From positions 1 to 64,000 of the IMG/VR virus record IMGVR_UViG_2840054979_000001: DNA of 64,000 nucleotides, one strand, 5' to 3'. The notes beneath the pieces are model-generated. The model ran no database searches. It was not told where the DNA came from and worked only from the letters and a program-made list of their open reading frames with translations. Shown here piece after piece: positions 35,706 through 45,751 of this stretch. Both the position numbers and the translations under genes were made by a program. This DNA comes from a virus. Taxonomy: Duplodnaviria > Caudoviricetes. Each line of letters begins with the position of its first letter. Within the stretch, counting starts at the first letter, position 1.

Positions 35706-37599
35706 CGAACTGACCGCCGTCGACCTGTTCTCCGGCTTCGGCGGCCTGACCCGCGGCATCCGCCGGGCCGGCGTGACGACGATCATGGCGGCCAACCACA
35801 ACCCGTACAAGATCGAGGTGCACGAGGCCAACGAACCCGAGTGCGAGCACTGGATCGCCGACCTCGTCGACGAGACGTCGGGCGACTACCACTCGGCCGC
35901 GGACCTGCCGCCGGCCGACATGCTCGTCGCCGGCATCTCGTGTGTGCACCACAGCCAGGCGAACGCGAAGAAGGCGTACGCACAGGGCCTGAACCTATTC
36001 ACGATGGACGACCCGGACTGGGAGGCCCGCGTCACCCGCTCCGAACGTGACCGGGCCACCGCGGTCTGTGTGCTGCAGTACGCGGAGAAGAACGCACCGC
36101 GGGTCATGTTGATCGAATGCACGACCGAACTGACGTCGTGGGGGCCCGCGCTGCCGAACAAGCCGAAGGTCGGCGACGGCTCGTCGTACCGGTGGTGGCT
36201 GAACGAGGTCCACAAGCTCGGCTACCGATCGAAGACGCTGTACCTGAACTCGCAGTTCTTCGGGGTGCCGCAGTCGCGGGACCGCATCTACATCTGCTTC
36301 TGGCGCAGCGAGCTCCCGACCCCCGATCTGGAGCATCGGCCGCCGTCGTGGTGCTTCCACTGCGACCGTGTCGTCGAGGCGGTGTGGTCGTGGCGCACCA
36401 GGATCCCGCCGACCGGCTCGGTCCGCTACGGAAAGCAGTACGACTACCGATGCCCGTCTTGCAACCACGAGGTGATCCCGCCGATGACGCCGTCGCTCGC
36501 GGCGTTGGACCTGACCGACCTCGGAACCCGGATCGGTGACCGCGACCGGCCGCTCGCCGCGTCGACGATGGCCCGGGCGGAGCGGTGCCGGCAACGGTTC
36601 GCTGACTTCCCGGCCGTGCTGATGCCCGCCAAGGCCCTGCCGCGCGGCTCGGACCGGCACCCCTGGCAGCCGATGGCGACACAGACGTCGCAGCAGGAGA
36701 CAGCCGTGCTGTCCACCGGCGCCTTGGTGACGGCGGCAGGGAACACGTTCGAGTGGAACGACCGGTCGATGACCCGGATCCGCCGGTTCGATCAGCCGCT
36801 GTGGACCCAACACGCCACCAACGCCGCCGGGCTGCTGACCCCGCCCACCGCGATGGCGCTGATGCCCTATCGCAACGGGAATCAGCCAGTGCCGACCGAT
36901 CAGCCACTGCCGACGCAGGCGTCGCACGAATCGATGGCGGTCGTCTCGGCGCCGCTGGCGAACCGGACGAACGCCACCCCGACCGACCCGACCGAGCCGA
37001 TGCCGACGCTCGTTGGCGGCGCCGGCTCCGGTGGCGTCGGCGTCATCTCGTCAGGCGTCCTGCCGTTCCGTGCGAACACGATCCCGCCGACGCACGGCGA
37101 GCCGATGCCGACGTTCACGTCGGAACAGGTGCCCGGCGTGCTGACCGCCGCCGGCGTCATCAAGAACAACGGCGCGATCGGCGAAGCCCAGTACCGGGCG
37201 CGTCCGGTCGACGAGCCGCTCGGCACGGTCGTCGGGTCCGGCAACAGCAAGGGGCTGCTGTTCTCCGGCTGGTTCAAGCAGAACGGCGGTCCCGCGGACA
37301 CGGCACCGCACCCGATGTCGGACCCGTGGGGCACGCTCACCTCGCGCGACACGACCGGTCTGCTGATGGCCGACTGGCGGGCGCAGCTGGCCGACCTGCC
37401 GCTCGAGGACTGCTACTTCCGCATGATGTTCGCCCACGAGGTCGGCGTCGGCTGCGGCTTCGACGTCGACCATCCGGCGTACGGCGATGGTGGCTTCATC
37501 GTGTGGGGCTCGACCCGTGACCAGGTCGACGGGTTCGGCAACGCGGTTTCGCCGCAGGTCGGTGAGTTCATCGGTGGCCGGTTGAGGGCGATCCTGTGA
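35617..37599 (+). CDS. DNA (cytosine-5)-methyltransferase, large actinobacterial type
   Basis: VDLFSGFGG (motif I), GISCVHHS (motif IV variant), GVPQSRDR (motif VIII), GNAVSP (motif X); Zn-finger insertion and P.PT repeats. Confidence 0.9.
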   Translation: MTMSTTTTKAKRRKTAEHRPAVRRRRFRHDELTAVDLFSGFGGLTRGIRRAGVTTIMAANHNPYKIEVHEANEPECEHWIADLVDETSGDYHSAADLPPADMLVAGISCVHHSQANAKKAYAQGLNLFTMDDPDWEARVTRSERDRATAVCVLQYAEKNAPRVMLIECTTELTSWGPALPNKPKVGDGSSYRWWLNEVHKLGYRSKTLYLNSQFFGVPQSRDRIYICFWRSELPTPDLEHRPPSWCFHCDRVVEAVWSWRTRIPPTGSVRYGKQYDYRCPSCNHEVIPPMTPSLAALDLTDLGTRIGDRDRPLAASTMARAERCRQRFADFPAVLMPAKALPRGSDRHPWQPMATQTSQQETAVLSTGALVTAAGNTFEWNDRSMTRIRRFDQPLWTQHATNAAGLLTPPTAMALMPYRNGNQPVPTDQPLPTQASHESMAVVSAPLANRTNATPTDPTEPMPTLVGGAGSGGVGVISSGVLPFRANTIPPTHGEPMPTFTSEQVPGVLTAAGVIKNNGAIGEAQYRARPVDEPLGTVVGSGNSKGLLFSGWFKQNGGPADTAPHPMSDPWGTLTSRDTTGLLMADWRAQLADLPLEDCYFRMMFAHEVGVGCGFDVDHPAYGDGGFIVWGSTRDQVDGFGNAVSPQVGEFIGGRLRAIL

Positions 37600-37907
37600 G
37601 CCCGTGCACGCAGTGCGGCCGCGAGTTCGAGCGGCCCAGTCGACGGGGCCCGGCACCGCAGTACTGCTCGCCGGCGTGCCGCCAGGCCGCTCACCGCGAA
37701 CGAAAGACGGAGCCGCCGCTGACGCAGTGGCGTCGCCACCTGATGGAGCTCGGCGAGTTCATGGAAACGATCCAGGACTCCGTTGCCGGCTACCGCTCCG
37801 CCCTCCAACGCCTCCAATACCCGAGCGTCGTGGTCGACCAGATGTCGGTCGCCTACCACGCCTTCGTCCTCGACATGGTCGTCAGACAGATGGGAGCAAC
37901 GAAATGA
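37596..37907 (+). CDS. Zn-finger hypothetical protein
   Basis: CTQCG...YCSPACRQAAHR. Confidence 0.7.
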   Translation: MSPCTQCGREFERPSRRGPAPQYCSPACRQAAHRERKTEPPLTQWRRHLMELGEFMETIQDSVAGYRSALQRLQYPSVVVDQMSVAYHAFVLDMVVRQMGATK

Positions 37908-38422
37908 GACAGTCCCCGAAAGACGGCGCCCTGATGCCCGAGCGCGGGTTCTCGAAGGCGTCGAACCGGCAGTCGTCGATGCTGCCCGACGGCGCGACGG
38001 GCTGGGTGTCGCACGACGGCCTGCTGGTCCTGTCGACGTGCGCAGTGATGGAGCTTCCTGGCCAACCGGACGGCGTCAACGGCCTCACGTGGTTCCTGTC
38101 GGTGTCGCGCCTCGATGGCGACACGACCGAGGCCCGCCGAGCATCAGACGACGAGATGGCCAGGGTCGTCGAGTGCTTCGATCTGCCGGCGTTCGACGAG
38201 GACAACCACTTTCCCGGTGTCAGCCGCGGGCTGTTCTGTCCGATCGACCCGCAGTACCGGGCGGCCTGCGATTGCAAGATCACCGAGACGGTCGTCGTCG
38301 AGCCGGACGGCTTCGAGTGGACGAACCCGACCGACGGCGAATGCCGCGGCTGCAGCTACGAGCACGCCGCGGCCCGGTTCGGCCAGACGTCGCCGTGCCC
38401 GATCCACGGGCCCGGCCAGTGA
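37904..38422 (+). CDS. Hypothetical protein
   Basis: LSVSR...R.SD.E...EDNH.PG..R; coupled ORF. Confidence 0.65.
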   Translation: MRQSPKDGALMPERGFSKASNRQSSMLPDGATGWVSHDGLLVLSTCAVMELPGQPDGVNGLTWFLSVSRLDGDTTEARRASDDEMARVVECFDLPAFDEDNHFPGVSRGLFCPIDPQYRAACDCKITETVVVEPDGFEWTNPTDGECRGCSYEHAAARFGQTSPCPIHGPGQ

Positions 38423-38715
38423 CCGCCCGACGCGGCCCGGCACCGCTGTTCCGGCTGCCGTTCGAACCGCTGGCCCGGATCGTCGACGTCCGCTACCGCG
38501 GCGTGTGCCGAGAGGGGCAGGGCTGGCAGGAGCTCACGCCGGCCACGGTGTTCTGCGAGGCGTTGGACGTGCACCCGCAGAAGTTCGCCCGGTGGAGGGC
38601 GAAAGGCTTGACGGTCGACGACGCGGATGACATCGCGGTGCGGTTGGGGATGCATCCGGCGTCGATCTGGCCCGAGTGGTGGTCGATCCCGATCGACGAG
38701 GACGTCGCGGCGTGA
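38419..38715 (+). CDS. HTH DNA-binding protein (paralog of 26158)
   Basis: LPFEPL...ALDVHPQKFARWRAKGLTVDDADDIAVRLGMHPASIWPEWW. Confidence 0.7.
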   Translation: MTARRGPAPLFRLPFEPLARIVDVRYRGVCREGQGWQELTPATVFCEALDVHPQKFARWRAKGLTVDDADDIAVRLGMHPASIWPEWWSIPIDEDVAA

Positions 38716-38757
38716 CGTCGGCGAACTGTGTGACACCCTGTCGGTACGGTGGGTTCG

Positions 38758-38997
38758 GTGAGCAGGTCTGGCGAGATGTTGGCGGCGATTCATGCCGGCA
38801 AGGTGACCGCCGCGGCCGACGGCTCGTTCCAGATGTGGAAGACGGCGACGCTGTCATCACCCGTGACCCGGCATGTCGCGCCGCTTGTCGACGCGGGCCT
38901 CGTTCTTGTCGCCGGCACGACGGTCGAGTTGACCGAGGATGGGCGGGCAATCGTCGACGAGGCTCTGGCTCGGCTGGCCGACCGGCTCGACACATAG
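38758..38997 (+). CDS. Small winged-helix-like protein
   Basis: Leaderless after TGTG-N12-TACGGT; LVDAGLV...ELTEDGR. Confidence 0.6.
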   Translation: MSRSGEMLAAIHAGKVTAAADGSFQMWKTATLSSPVTRHVAPLVDAGLVLVAGTTVELTEDGRAIVDEALARLADRLDT

Positions 38998-39035
38998 CGG
39001 CGAGGTTGTCACCCCCGGCGTTCACAATCAGCGGC

Positions 39036-39335
39036 ATGAACAACCTCATGAAGTCCACCGCCCTGGCAGCGCTCGCTGTCGGGTCGTTCGTTGCTGTCAA
39101 CGCCGCCGGCGGCGGTTCGGCGTCGGCTCTCGCGCCGTGCGCTGACAGCAACGGCTCCGCTCCGGGTGGTTCCGTGTATTTCACGGCCGCTTGGTACCGG
39201 TCGGGCGCGCCGGCGCCGTGCACGGTGACTCCGCCGCAACGGCTCCACATCACGGGGCTGACCGCTGCCGAGTGCGCCACCGCGGGCGGCAGCTATCAGG
39301 CGTCGCCGCCGATCTGCTGGGACATCGACCTCTGA
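39036..39335 (+). CDS. Secreted small protein
   Basis: Signal-peptide-like N-terminus ending ASA; leaderless promoter. Confidence 0.65.
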   Translation: MNNLMKSTALAALAVGSFVAVNAAGGGSASALAPCADSNGSAPGGSVYFTAAWYRSGAPAPCTVTPPQRLHITGLTAAECATAGGSYQASPPICWDIDL

Positions 39336-39397
39336 GCCCGAGGTAGCGCTGGCGGGCGGCTGGCAGCCATCGGGGTCCGAGGCCCCGACGCCCACGA

Positions 39398-39434
39398 CAC
39401 CGGGAGGGAAGCCCGGTGCATGACGAAAGGATCC
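39398..39434 (+). repeat. AGGGAAG-loop hairpin plus SD element
   Basis: CACCGGG-AGGGAAG-CCCGGTG, then GAAAGGATCC. Confidence 0.8.
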
Positions 39435-39437
39435 ACG

Positions 39438-39902
39438 ATGACCCGTACCCGCAATTTCGACGTCGACACGCCCGAGGGCCAGGCGAACGTCGCCCGCGCG
39501 ATCGGCAAGGCAGTGGCGACCGTGATCGTCGCGATCGTCTTGGTGATCGTCGGCTGGAAGGTCGTGTCGCCGAAGCTGAACCTGTACCGCAGCAACACCG
39601 AGAAGCAGTCGGTGATCGCCGAGCAGGAAGCCATCAGCCAGGCGGAGGTGTACGCCGCTCAGAAGCGCGTCACCGCGGCGGAGGCCGAGGCCGAGGCGCG
39701 CATCATCGAGGCCGAGTCGATCGCCGAGTCGCAGCGCATCATCTCTGAGACGTTGACGCCGGAGTATCTGACGTGGCGGTTCTACGAGGTGCTGGCCACG
39801 ACGGAGAACGAGATCATCTACGTGCCGACCGAGGCGGGGCTGCCCATCTTGGAGGCCGCACGCAACACGCCGCCTGTCGTCGTGGAGTCCGACAATGGGT
39901 GA
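39438..39902 (+). CDS. SPFH/band-7-like membrane protein (short form)
   Basis: TM helix, then AEAEAEARIIEAE.IAESQ.II..TLTPEYL.W...IIYVPTEAGLPILEA. Confidence 0.75.
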   Translation: MTRTRNFDVDTPEGQANVARAIGKAVATVIVAIVLVIVGWKVVSPKLNLYRSNTEKQSVIAEQEAISQAEVYAAQKRVTAAEAEAEARIIEAESIAESQRIISETLTPEYLTWRFYEVLATTENEIIYVPTEAGLPILEAARNTPPVVVESDNG

Positions 39903-40760
39903 CGCCCCGGTTCCGTCTGACTACGTGAAGTCGTTCATCGGTCGGACCGTGACGATCGAGTCGAGCCGCAAGGCGCACAACGCGACGGGTCGGATCGACG
40001 GGGTCCGGTGGGATGGCTGCTCGATCCGCACGGAGCGTGGCGATTTCCCCGGCGTGGCGTTCCTGATCAAACCGGAGGACGGCCGCCGCGCGTTCTGGTC
40101 GACGGCGTTCCCCGACTACGGCGAACCCGTCGACGCCAAGGCGAAGGAGTCGGCCGATGTCGGCGGCTGAGGACTACCCGAACCTGGCGTCGATCGCCGA
40201 CAACAAGCGCCACGTGAATCCGGCGATCCCGGAGCAGTGCCGTGACGCGCTCGCCGAGCTCGACAAGCTTCGTGGCGACGTCGCCAATCTGCTCGCCCAA
40301 GCCGCGACGGCGGCGAGAACGATCGCCGTCACCCGGTTCGTCGCCGACCACTGGCGCGAGGCGCTGAACGCTTCGAACAGCAGTCGGCTGTGTGCCCATC
40401 CGTTGTGCATGGTGCTCCACGCTCTCGATGGCGAGACCGACCCGGTGCAGATGGGCATCGAACACGACGCTCACGCCGCGCTCGCTGCCGTGGTGGCGCG
40501 GCCGCCGTGGCCCGCTGAGGCGGTGACCGAGTGAACGTGGACGGCCAGACGTGGAAGTGGCCGACGCTGTGAGCGGCAAGGCCCGCGACGTGTTCTACGG
40601 CCGCCGCGGAGGCCACTGGATCGACGGCGACCTGCCCGCGCCACCATCACCGTGCGACGTGTGCGGCGGCCCGGTGTACGGCCACACCGGTTCGGGCCTC
40701 CCACTCCACCAGGACTGTCGGCCAGCGCCGCCACCAGACGCACAAGGAAGCCTTCTATGA
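39895..40760 (+). other. Three coupled small hypothetical ORFs (39895-40170, 40157-40534, 40531-40760)
   Basis: Overlapping start/stop codons on the + strand. Confidence 0.55.
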
Positions 40761-41578
40761 CCCAACTGACCTGCCTTAGCCTCTGGCAGCCATACGCCAC
40801 GCTGCTGGTCCTCGACAACCCGGCAACCGGAGACCCGTTCAAGGAGATCGAGACCCGCCCGATGCCCCCGTGGAAGACGCCCGGCTACCGGACGTTCCCC
40901 GGCGCGGCGCCGAAGCCTGGCGACTGGATCGGCATCCACGCCACCGCTCGCCACGCCCGCGAACGCGAGCTCGACCAGTTGAACAACGCGGTCGGGGACC
41001 TGCCGATCCACTTCTCGACTGAGGACACCCGTGATGGCCTGATGCTCGCGGTCCGTGACGACGAGGTCGAGACTGCGTTCGAACCCGGAGCGTGGACGTC
41101 GGGGAACACGCACGGCTATTGGGCGCCGTACAGCGCCCTGGTCGGCACGGCTCGCATCGTCGGCGCGGTCCCGATGGTCCGTCCCGGCCAACGGTCGACG
41201 CCGGAGCATGTGTCGATCGCCGAGGACGGCGACGGTGTGACGCTGCTGCGTTGGAAGTTCGACGGCGTGGGCCAGTCCGCCGATCTGGTCGAGTGTGAAC
41301 CGATCGGCCACGAGTACCCGTTCGGCTGGTACGAGCCGGGCAGGTGGGCGTGGATCCTCGAGGACGCCAAGTCGGTGCTCGAACGGTGCCCGCGATGCAT
41401 GGACTCTGGACGGGTGCCGGACGATCGGCCCGAGGCGCCGCGGGGCCTACACGGCCATCTGCAGGCGTGGATGCCGTGTTCTGTCTGCGAGGGCGCAGGC
41501 CGGCTCGCCCGATACCCGACGGTGGCGGGCCGGCAGGGCTGGTGGCGTCTCGATCTCGACACGCTGGCGGTGGCGTGA
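40757..41578 (+). CDS. ASCH/PUA-like domain protein with Zn-ribbon insertion
   Basis: CLSLWQPYATLLV...KEIETR...IGIHA...FGWYEPGRWAWIL...GRQGWW. Confidence 0.8.
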   Translation: MTQLTCLSLWQPYATLLVLDNPATGDPFKEIETRPMPPWKTPGYRTFPGAAPKPGDWIGIHATARHARERELDQLNNAVGDLPIHFSTEDTRDGLMLAVRDDEVETAFEPGAWTSGNTHGYWAPYSALVGTARIVGAVPMVRPGQRSTPEHVSIAEDGDGVTLLRWKFDGVGQSADLVECEPIGHEYPFGWYEPGRWAWILEDAKSVLERCPRCMDSGRVPDDRPEAPRGLHGHLQAWMPCSVCEGAGRLARYPTVAGRQGWWRLDLDTLAVA

Positions 41579-41782
41579 TGCCCGGCGAGTTGGAGGCGTT
41601 GCGTGACTGGAAGCGCAGCGCGCTCGTGGTGCTTGCCGAGTGGGAGGCCGTGTTCGATGCTGCGGGCCGGCCGGGCCCGGTGGGACGCTCGAAGGCGGCG
41701 AACACGAACGCGGAGGTGCTGCGCCTCCGAGCGGAGAACAGCGTGCTGGCCGCTGCGCTCGCAGACCGAGGGGATGGCGACG

Positions 41783-42397
41783 ATGGGTGAGATGCGTTGC
41801 CCTCACTGCCGGTCGAGCGATGTGTGGTGCTCCCGGGAGTGCACCAGCGAGCGGCCGCACATGCACTACTGCAAGACGTGCGGCTACGACGGCACGACCC
41901 CGGTCGACCGGCCGCGCCGGATCCGTCTGCGTCGAACGAAGGGCTGGCGAAAGCCCGACGGCGCCGTGGTCGTCGCGCGGCCGTCGAGGTGGGGCAACCC
42001 GTTCCGTCTCGGCACCCCGCACGGCCTCGTCCGCTATGGGCCCCGTCACCTCGAACGGTTCGGGCGGGCATGGGACTACGAGGGCCGGATCAGCGCGGAC
42101 GGGAACCGGCACGACATGTGGTTCGCTGCGGACGACATCGTCGAGACCTATGTCCGCTACGCCACCGCGGCCGAGGCGGTCGAACTGTTCCGCCTGACGC
42201 TGACCGCACCCACGCCCGCGATGCTGATGGCCTTCCCGTCCGGTGGCGGCCACTTGGCCCGCTTCACCGTCGACGACGTCGCCCAGCTGGCCGGCCACGA
42301 CCTCGCGTGCTGGTGTCCGTTCGACCAGCCCTGCCACGCCGACGTCCTGCTCGAGCTCGCCAACCTGGCGACTCCGGTCGAGCAGAATGTGTGCTGA
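41783..42397 (+). CDS. DUF4326 domain protein
   Basis: RIRLRRTKGWRKP....V.RPSRWGNPF...LAGHDLACWCP....CHADVL. Confidence 0.9.
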   Translation: MGEMRCPHCRSSDVWCSRECTSERPHMHYCKTCGYDGTTPVDRPRRIRLRRTKGWRKPDGAVVVARPSRWGNPFRLGTPHGLVRYGPRHLERFGRAWDYEGRISADGNRHDMWFAADDIVETYVRYATAAEAVELFRLTLTAPTPAMLMAFPSGGGHLARFTVDDVAQLAGHDLACWCPFDQPCHADVLLELANLATPVEQNVC

Positions 42398-43251
42398 TGG
42401 CTCGACTCTTCGACAAGGCCTTGGCATACCGGCCACCGAGTGGCAACAACCGCAACCTCTTCACCGAACTACAGGAAGGCTTGCAGTGGGCGACACCGTT
42501 GGTCTGCGATGACCTTCTCCCGTACGCCCCCGACGACACTGACTTCTCGGCTCTGTCGGGCGTACGCGTGCCCTGGCCGCTCGCATTCGTTGAGTGGCGC
42601 AACAATCAGGGGATCGAGCTGGGGGTCACCGCCTTCGAGGTCGATGCGGACGTCGTGCACGGCGGCCCGCCACCGAATGGCGCGACGCGAACGATCGTGA
42701 TGCGGGGCATGTCAGCCCGACGGAAGTCTGACCAAGTGCTGGCGTGGGCGGACGGCATCGACATTGATGTCACTGAGAACGGCGACGTTGTGGACTACAA
42801 CATCCGGTTTCTCGATCCCGACTTTGAACGCGACCTCGCTGCCGACCCCGATAGAGCGAAGACGATGATCAGAGATCTGATCGGCATCGCACATCTTGCG
42901 GGCTGGTTCCTGATGGCGGCAAACGCCAAGAACATTGAGATCGAACCGGTGGAGCCGTCAGCTGGCCTGTCTCGGAACTGGCGGCGCAAGACCGGGCAGC
43001 CCTTGCACAGCTACAACCGGGTGCTGCTGCCGCACGATGCCCGTAGCGGGTCGTCTCGCCGATCGGGCGGCGCGCCGGCTCCGTTGGAGATCGTCAAAGG
43101 TCACTTCAAGACCTACGACGATCAACGTCCCCTGTTCGGGAAGCTGACCGGAACGTGGTGGTGGGCGCCGTTCGCTCGTGGCGACGCATCGGCCGGGGTT
43201 CGGGAGCACGACTACGCATTCGGGCCTGAGGCACCAGACGGCAACAGCTGA
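42397..43251 (+). CDS. Hypothetical phage protein (lower GC)
   Basis: C-terminal VKGHFKTY...WW.PF.RG; many A/T third positions. Confidence 0.7.
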   Translation: MARLFDKALAYRPPSGNNRNLFTELQEGLQWATPLVCDDLLPYAPDDTDFSALSGVRVPWPLAFVEWRNNQGIELGVTAFEVDADVVHGGPPPNGATRTIVMRGMSARRKSDQVLAWADGIDIDVTENGDVVDYNIRFLDPDFERDLAADPDRAKTMIRDLIGIAHLAGWFLMAANAKNIEIEPVEPSAGLSRNWRRKTGQPLHSYNRVLLPHDARSGSSRRSGGAPAPLEIVKGHFKTYDDQRPLFGKLTGTWWWAPFARGDASAGVREHDYAFGPEAPDGNS

Positions 43252-43284
43252 GCTCTGTCACCCCGCCGTCGCAAAGTCGATGGC

Positions 43285-43332
43285 ATGAAGCTTCGTGTCC
43301 AGGCCGACGTGAACGGCGCCGTGAACCGGTGA
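43285..43332 (+). pseudogene. Truncated duplicate of the 44347 gene start (MKLRVQADVNGAVNR)
   Basis: 34 of 39 nt identical to 44347-44385, behind the same TGTCACCCC promoter. Confidence 0.55.
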
Positions 43333-43548
43333 CCGACCATGATCGTCGCGCGGCTGTGGGCCGATCACGTCCGGGAGTGTGACCCGATCGCCACGATCGA
43401 GATCGCTGAGGCGCCGTTGGAGCTCGTGGTGCCGTCGGATCTCGGGTTGAACGCTGTGTACACGCTGCGGTCGAAGGTTGTGCCGGATTGGACGGGTCGG
43501 ACGCCGGCGTCGGCCGACTACGAGTTCGACCACATCGCCTGATCGAGT

Positions 43549-43848
43549 TCAGTGGATCTCGTCATGAAGAACGAATGCGGCGATCGCCGCAGCTAGTAGC
43601 AGACCCGCCGTACCGATGGCTGTCCAGTTGTGCGAGGGGGCCGGATCTCGATCAGCGAGTGCCACCATCGATTGCACGATGACCGCCGCCGGACCGACAG
43701 TGAGGTAGGCGAAGGCCAGCCCCCGAACGATGCCTGGCCTGTCGTTGGGAGTCTTCGCGGCGCGCTGAATGAGCAGAAGTGAGACCGCCAGGAAGACGGC
43801 CGAGATGGCAGCGGCGGTTGCCCAAAACTCCGGGTTCGACTCGGTCAT
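43549..43848 (-). CDS. Small multi-TM membrane protein (moron-like)
   Basis: Three hydrophobic segments; opposite strand. Confidence 0.65.
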   Translation of the reverse strand: MTESNPEFWATAAAISAVFLAVSLLLIQRAAKTPNDRPGIVRGLAFAYLTVGPAAVIVQSMVALADRDPAPSHNWTAIGTAGLLLAAAIAAFVLHDEIH

Positions 43849-43959
43849 CACGCCGGCAGCATTGCAGACCGTGATGTCGGATGAGCACTGGTTCGTCGCC
43901 GCGCGATGGGGCGGACGCCGGCTCAGCGCTGTGACACCCAATCCGTAGAGTCCTGGCCC

Positions 43960-44310
43960 ATGAGCGACTCCACCGTCACCGTCCAATCGATCGGCAAGCG
44001 CTGGCACTCTGTGTCCGGACCGCTCCGCTCGGCGGACGAGATCGGACAACGGATTGTCGAAGCCGCTGTGGACGGCCAGCTGGTCACGATCTGGCTCGCC
44101 GACCACCCCTGCCAATTCCGCGACGGCTACCCGATTGCCGACGTCACCGCGGCATCTCGCACCCCAGGCGGCTTCCGCAGCTACCTTCGGGCCCGCTATG
44201 AGACCATCAGGGACTGGGAGGACGACGACCGGCTCGGCGTCATGCCGGCGTTCGACGACATCGCTGACGACGCAGCCGTAGACATCACTCTCACAGCCCC
44301 ACTGACCTGA
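43960..44310 (+). CDS. Hypothetical protein
   Basis: Leaderless after TGTG-N12-TAGAGT. Confidence 0.6.
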   Translation: MSDSTVTVQSIGKRWHSVSGPLRSADEIGQRIVEAAVDGQLVTIWLADHPCQFRDGYPIADVTAASRTPGGFRSYLRARYETIRDWEDDDRLGVMPAFDDIADDAAVDITLTAPLT

Positions 44311-44346
44311 ACTCGCGTGTCACCCCTCGGCCTCATTGTCGAGGGT

Positions 44347-44814
44347 ATGACGCTTCGTGTGCAGGTCGACGTGAACGGCACGGTGTTGGCCGACGTCACG
44401 GTGGAGAACGTCGGCTACCCGACCGGTGAGCCAGCCGATCTGGACGGTGTGTGGGAGTACCACTGGGCGAACAGCATCAGCCACGCCGCGGGGGCGGTGA
44501 CGCATCGTCGCAGTGACGGCGCACTCCGCCTGGCCGCGGCGGCGCTGCTCGAGCAGACCGTCACCCCCGATGTCGGCCGGGTGGGTGCGCAGATCGGGGT
44601 GCTGGCGATCACGGGGTCGAACCTGCCCGACGAAGCGGGCCAAACCGCGGCCGCCGGCCTAATGATGAACCAGCCGCGCGACGTCCTGATCTCGACGATC
44701 GCGTTCCTCACCGGTCTGTGCGCCGCACACATCGACGACAAGGCAGCACGTGAAGGCATCCCGGTCGACGAGGTGATGCACGAGCTCGGCCGTTACGCCG
44801 AGCAGATGACATGA
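44347..44814 (+). CDS. Hypothetical protein
   Basis: LRVQVDVNG...VTHRRSDGA..L; leaderless. Confidence 0.7.
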   Translation: MTLRVQVDVNGTVLADVTVENVGYPTGEPADLDGVWEYHWANSISHAAGAVTHRRSDGALRLAAAALLEQTVTPDVGRVGAQIGVLAITGSNLPDEAGQTAAAGLMMNQPRDVLISTIAFLTGLCAAHIDDKAAREGIPVDEVMHELGRYAEQMT

Positions 44815-45458
44815 CCCGGATCCCGCATCGTTCGGTCGCCGAAGCGTTGGAACGTCTCGCCGGCCAGGTGATGATCGCCGATGACGGCCCGCACGTCGCG
44901 TTCGTCATCGGTGTGAACATCGGCGATCCGCCATCGCTGTGGGTGTGTGACCGGCAGGGTGATGTCGTCCCGTTCGACCATGTCCGCAACGCAACGGACC
45001 GTCCCGACCCGACCGCCCCGTCGACAGAGACCGGCCGTGCCGCCCCGTGGACACCAGGTGACCTTGCCGAAGCCTCCGCGCTGGTCCATGACCTGCTGAT
45101 CGCCTGGCAACACACCAACGACCCCGAGCAGGCGCTCGATCAGGCCCGCCGCATGTACCGGCGGCGCCGCGACGCCGAGTTCGACCATCAGCTGGCCGTC
45201 GACTTGGAACGATCCCGCCTGCCGCACCAATGCTCACGCTGCGGACGCCGCTGGGCGACCGAGCTCGACCGTGACCGCCACGAGGCCGCCTGCCGCCAGC
45301 CGTGCCGCCACCAGCCCGCCTACCAGTGGATCGCCTACGGCCGCCAGCACGCCGTCCGCTGCGTCTGCGGCCACGTCATCCACGCTCCGACCGCTACTGA
45401 CGCGGGCCGGGCGATGCTCGCCCACGCTCACGCCTGCCGCCTGGACGACCCGGTTTGA
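44811..45458 (+). CDS. Hypothetical protein with C2H2-like motifs
   Basis: CSRCG...H...C; C.CG...H. Confidence 0.6.
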   Translation: MTRIPHRSVAEALERLAGQVMIADDGPHVAFVIGVNIGDPPSLWVCDRQGDVVPFDHVRNATDRPDPTAPSTETGRAAPWTPGDLAEASALVHDLLIAWQHTNDPEQALDQARRMYRRRRDAEFDHQLAVDLERSRLPHQCSRCGRRWATELDRDRHEAACRQPCRHQPAYQWIAYGRQHAVRCVCGHVIHAPTATDAGRAMLAHAHACRLDDPV

Positions 45459-45751
45459 TCGGCGCGATCCCGGGGGGCCGAGTCATGGCGGTCAGGCATG
45501 ATGATGTGCGTGCCTGACGAGACGTATGGACCTGGCGACCGGGCGGCGATCGCCCTGCTGACCGAAGGGTTGGCGGGCGGACGCCTGGAGGTGTCAGCAC
45601 AGCTGCTCGACGAGCTCGACCCGGCCGACATGAGAGACGCTGTCGTGTTCCTGGCCGGGTTGGCGTTGGCATGGATGCCGTGGATGGCAGCCCTCGAAGA
45701 GATCCCGGTCGACGACTATCTGGCCGGCCTGGCGTTGCAGGTGGCCGCGCG

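Noticed and set aside
39340-39390. Intrinsic terminators at GC hairpins (e.g. 39370-39388, 32042-32084, 52505-52538)
   Set aside because: No U-tracts follow them; termination cannot be supported from sequence alone.
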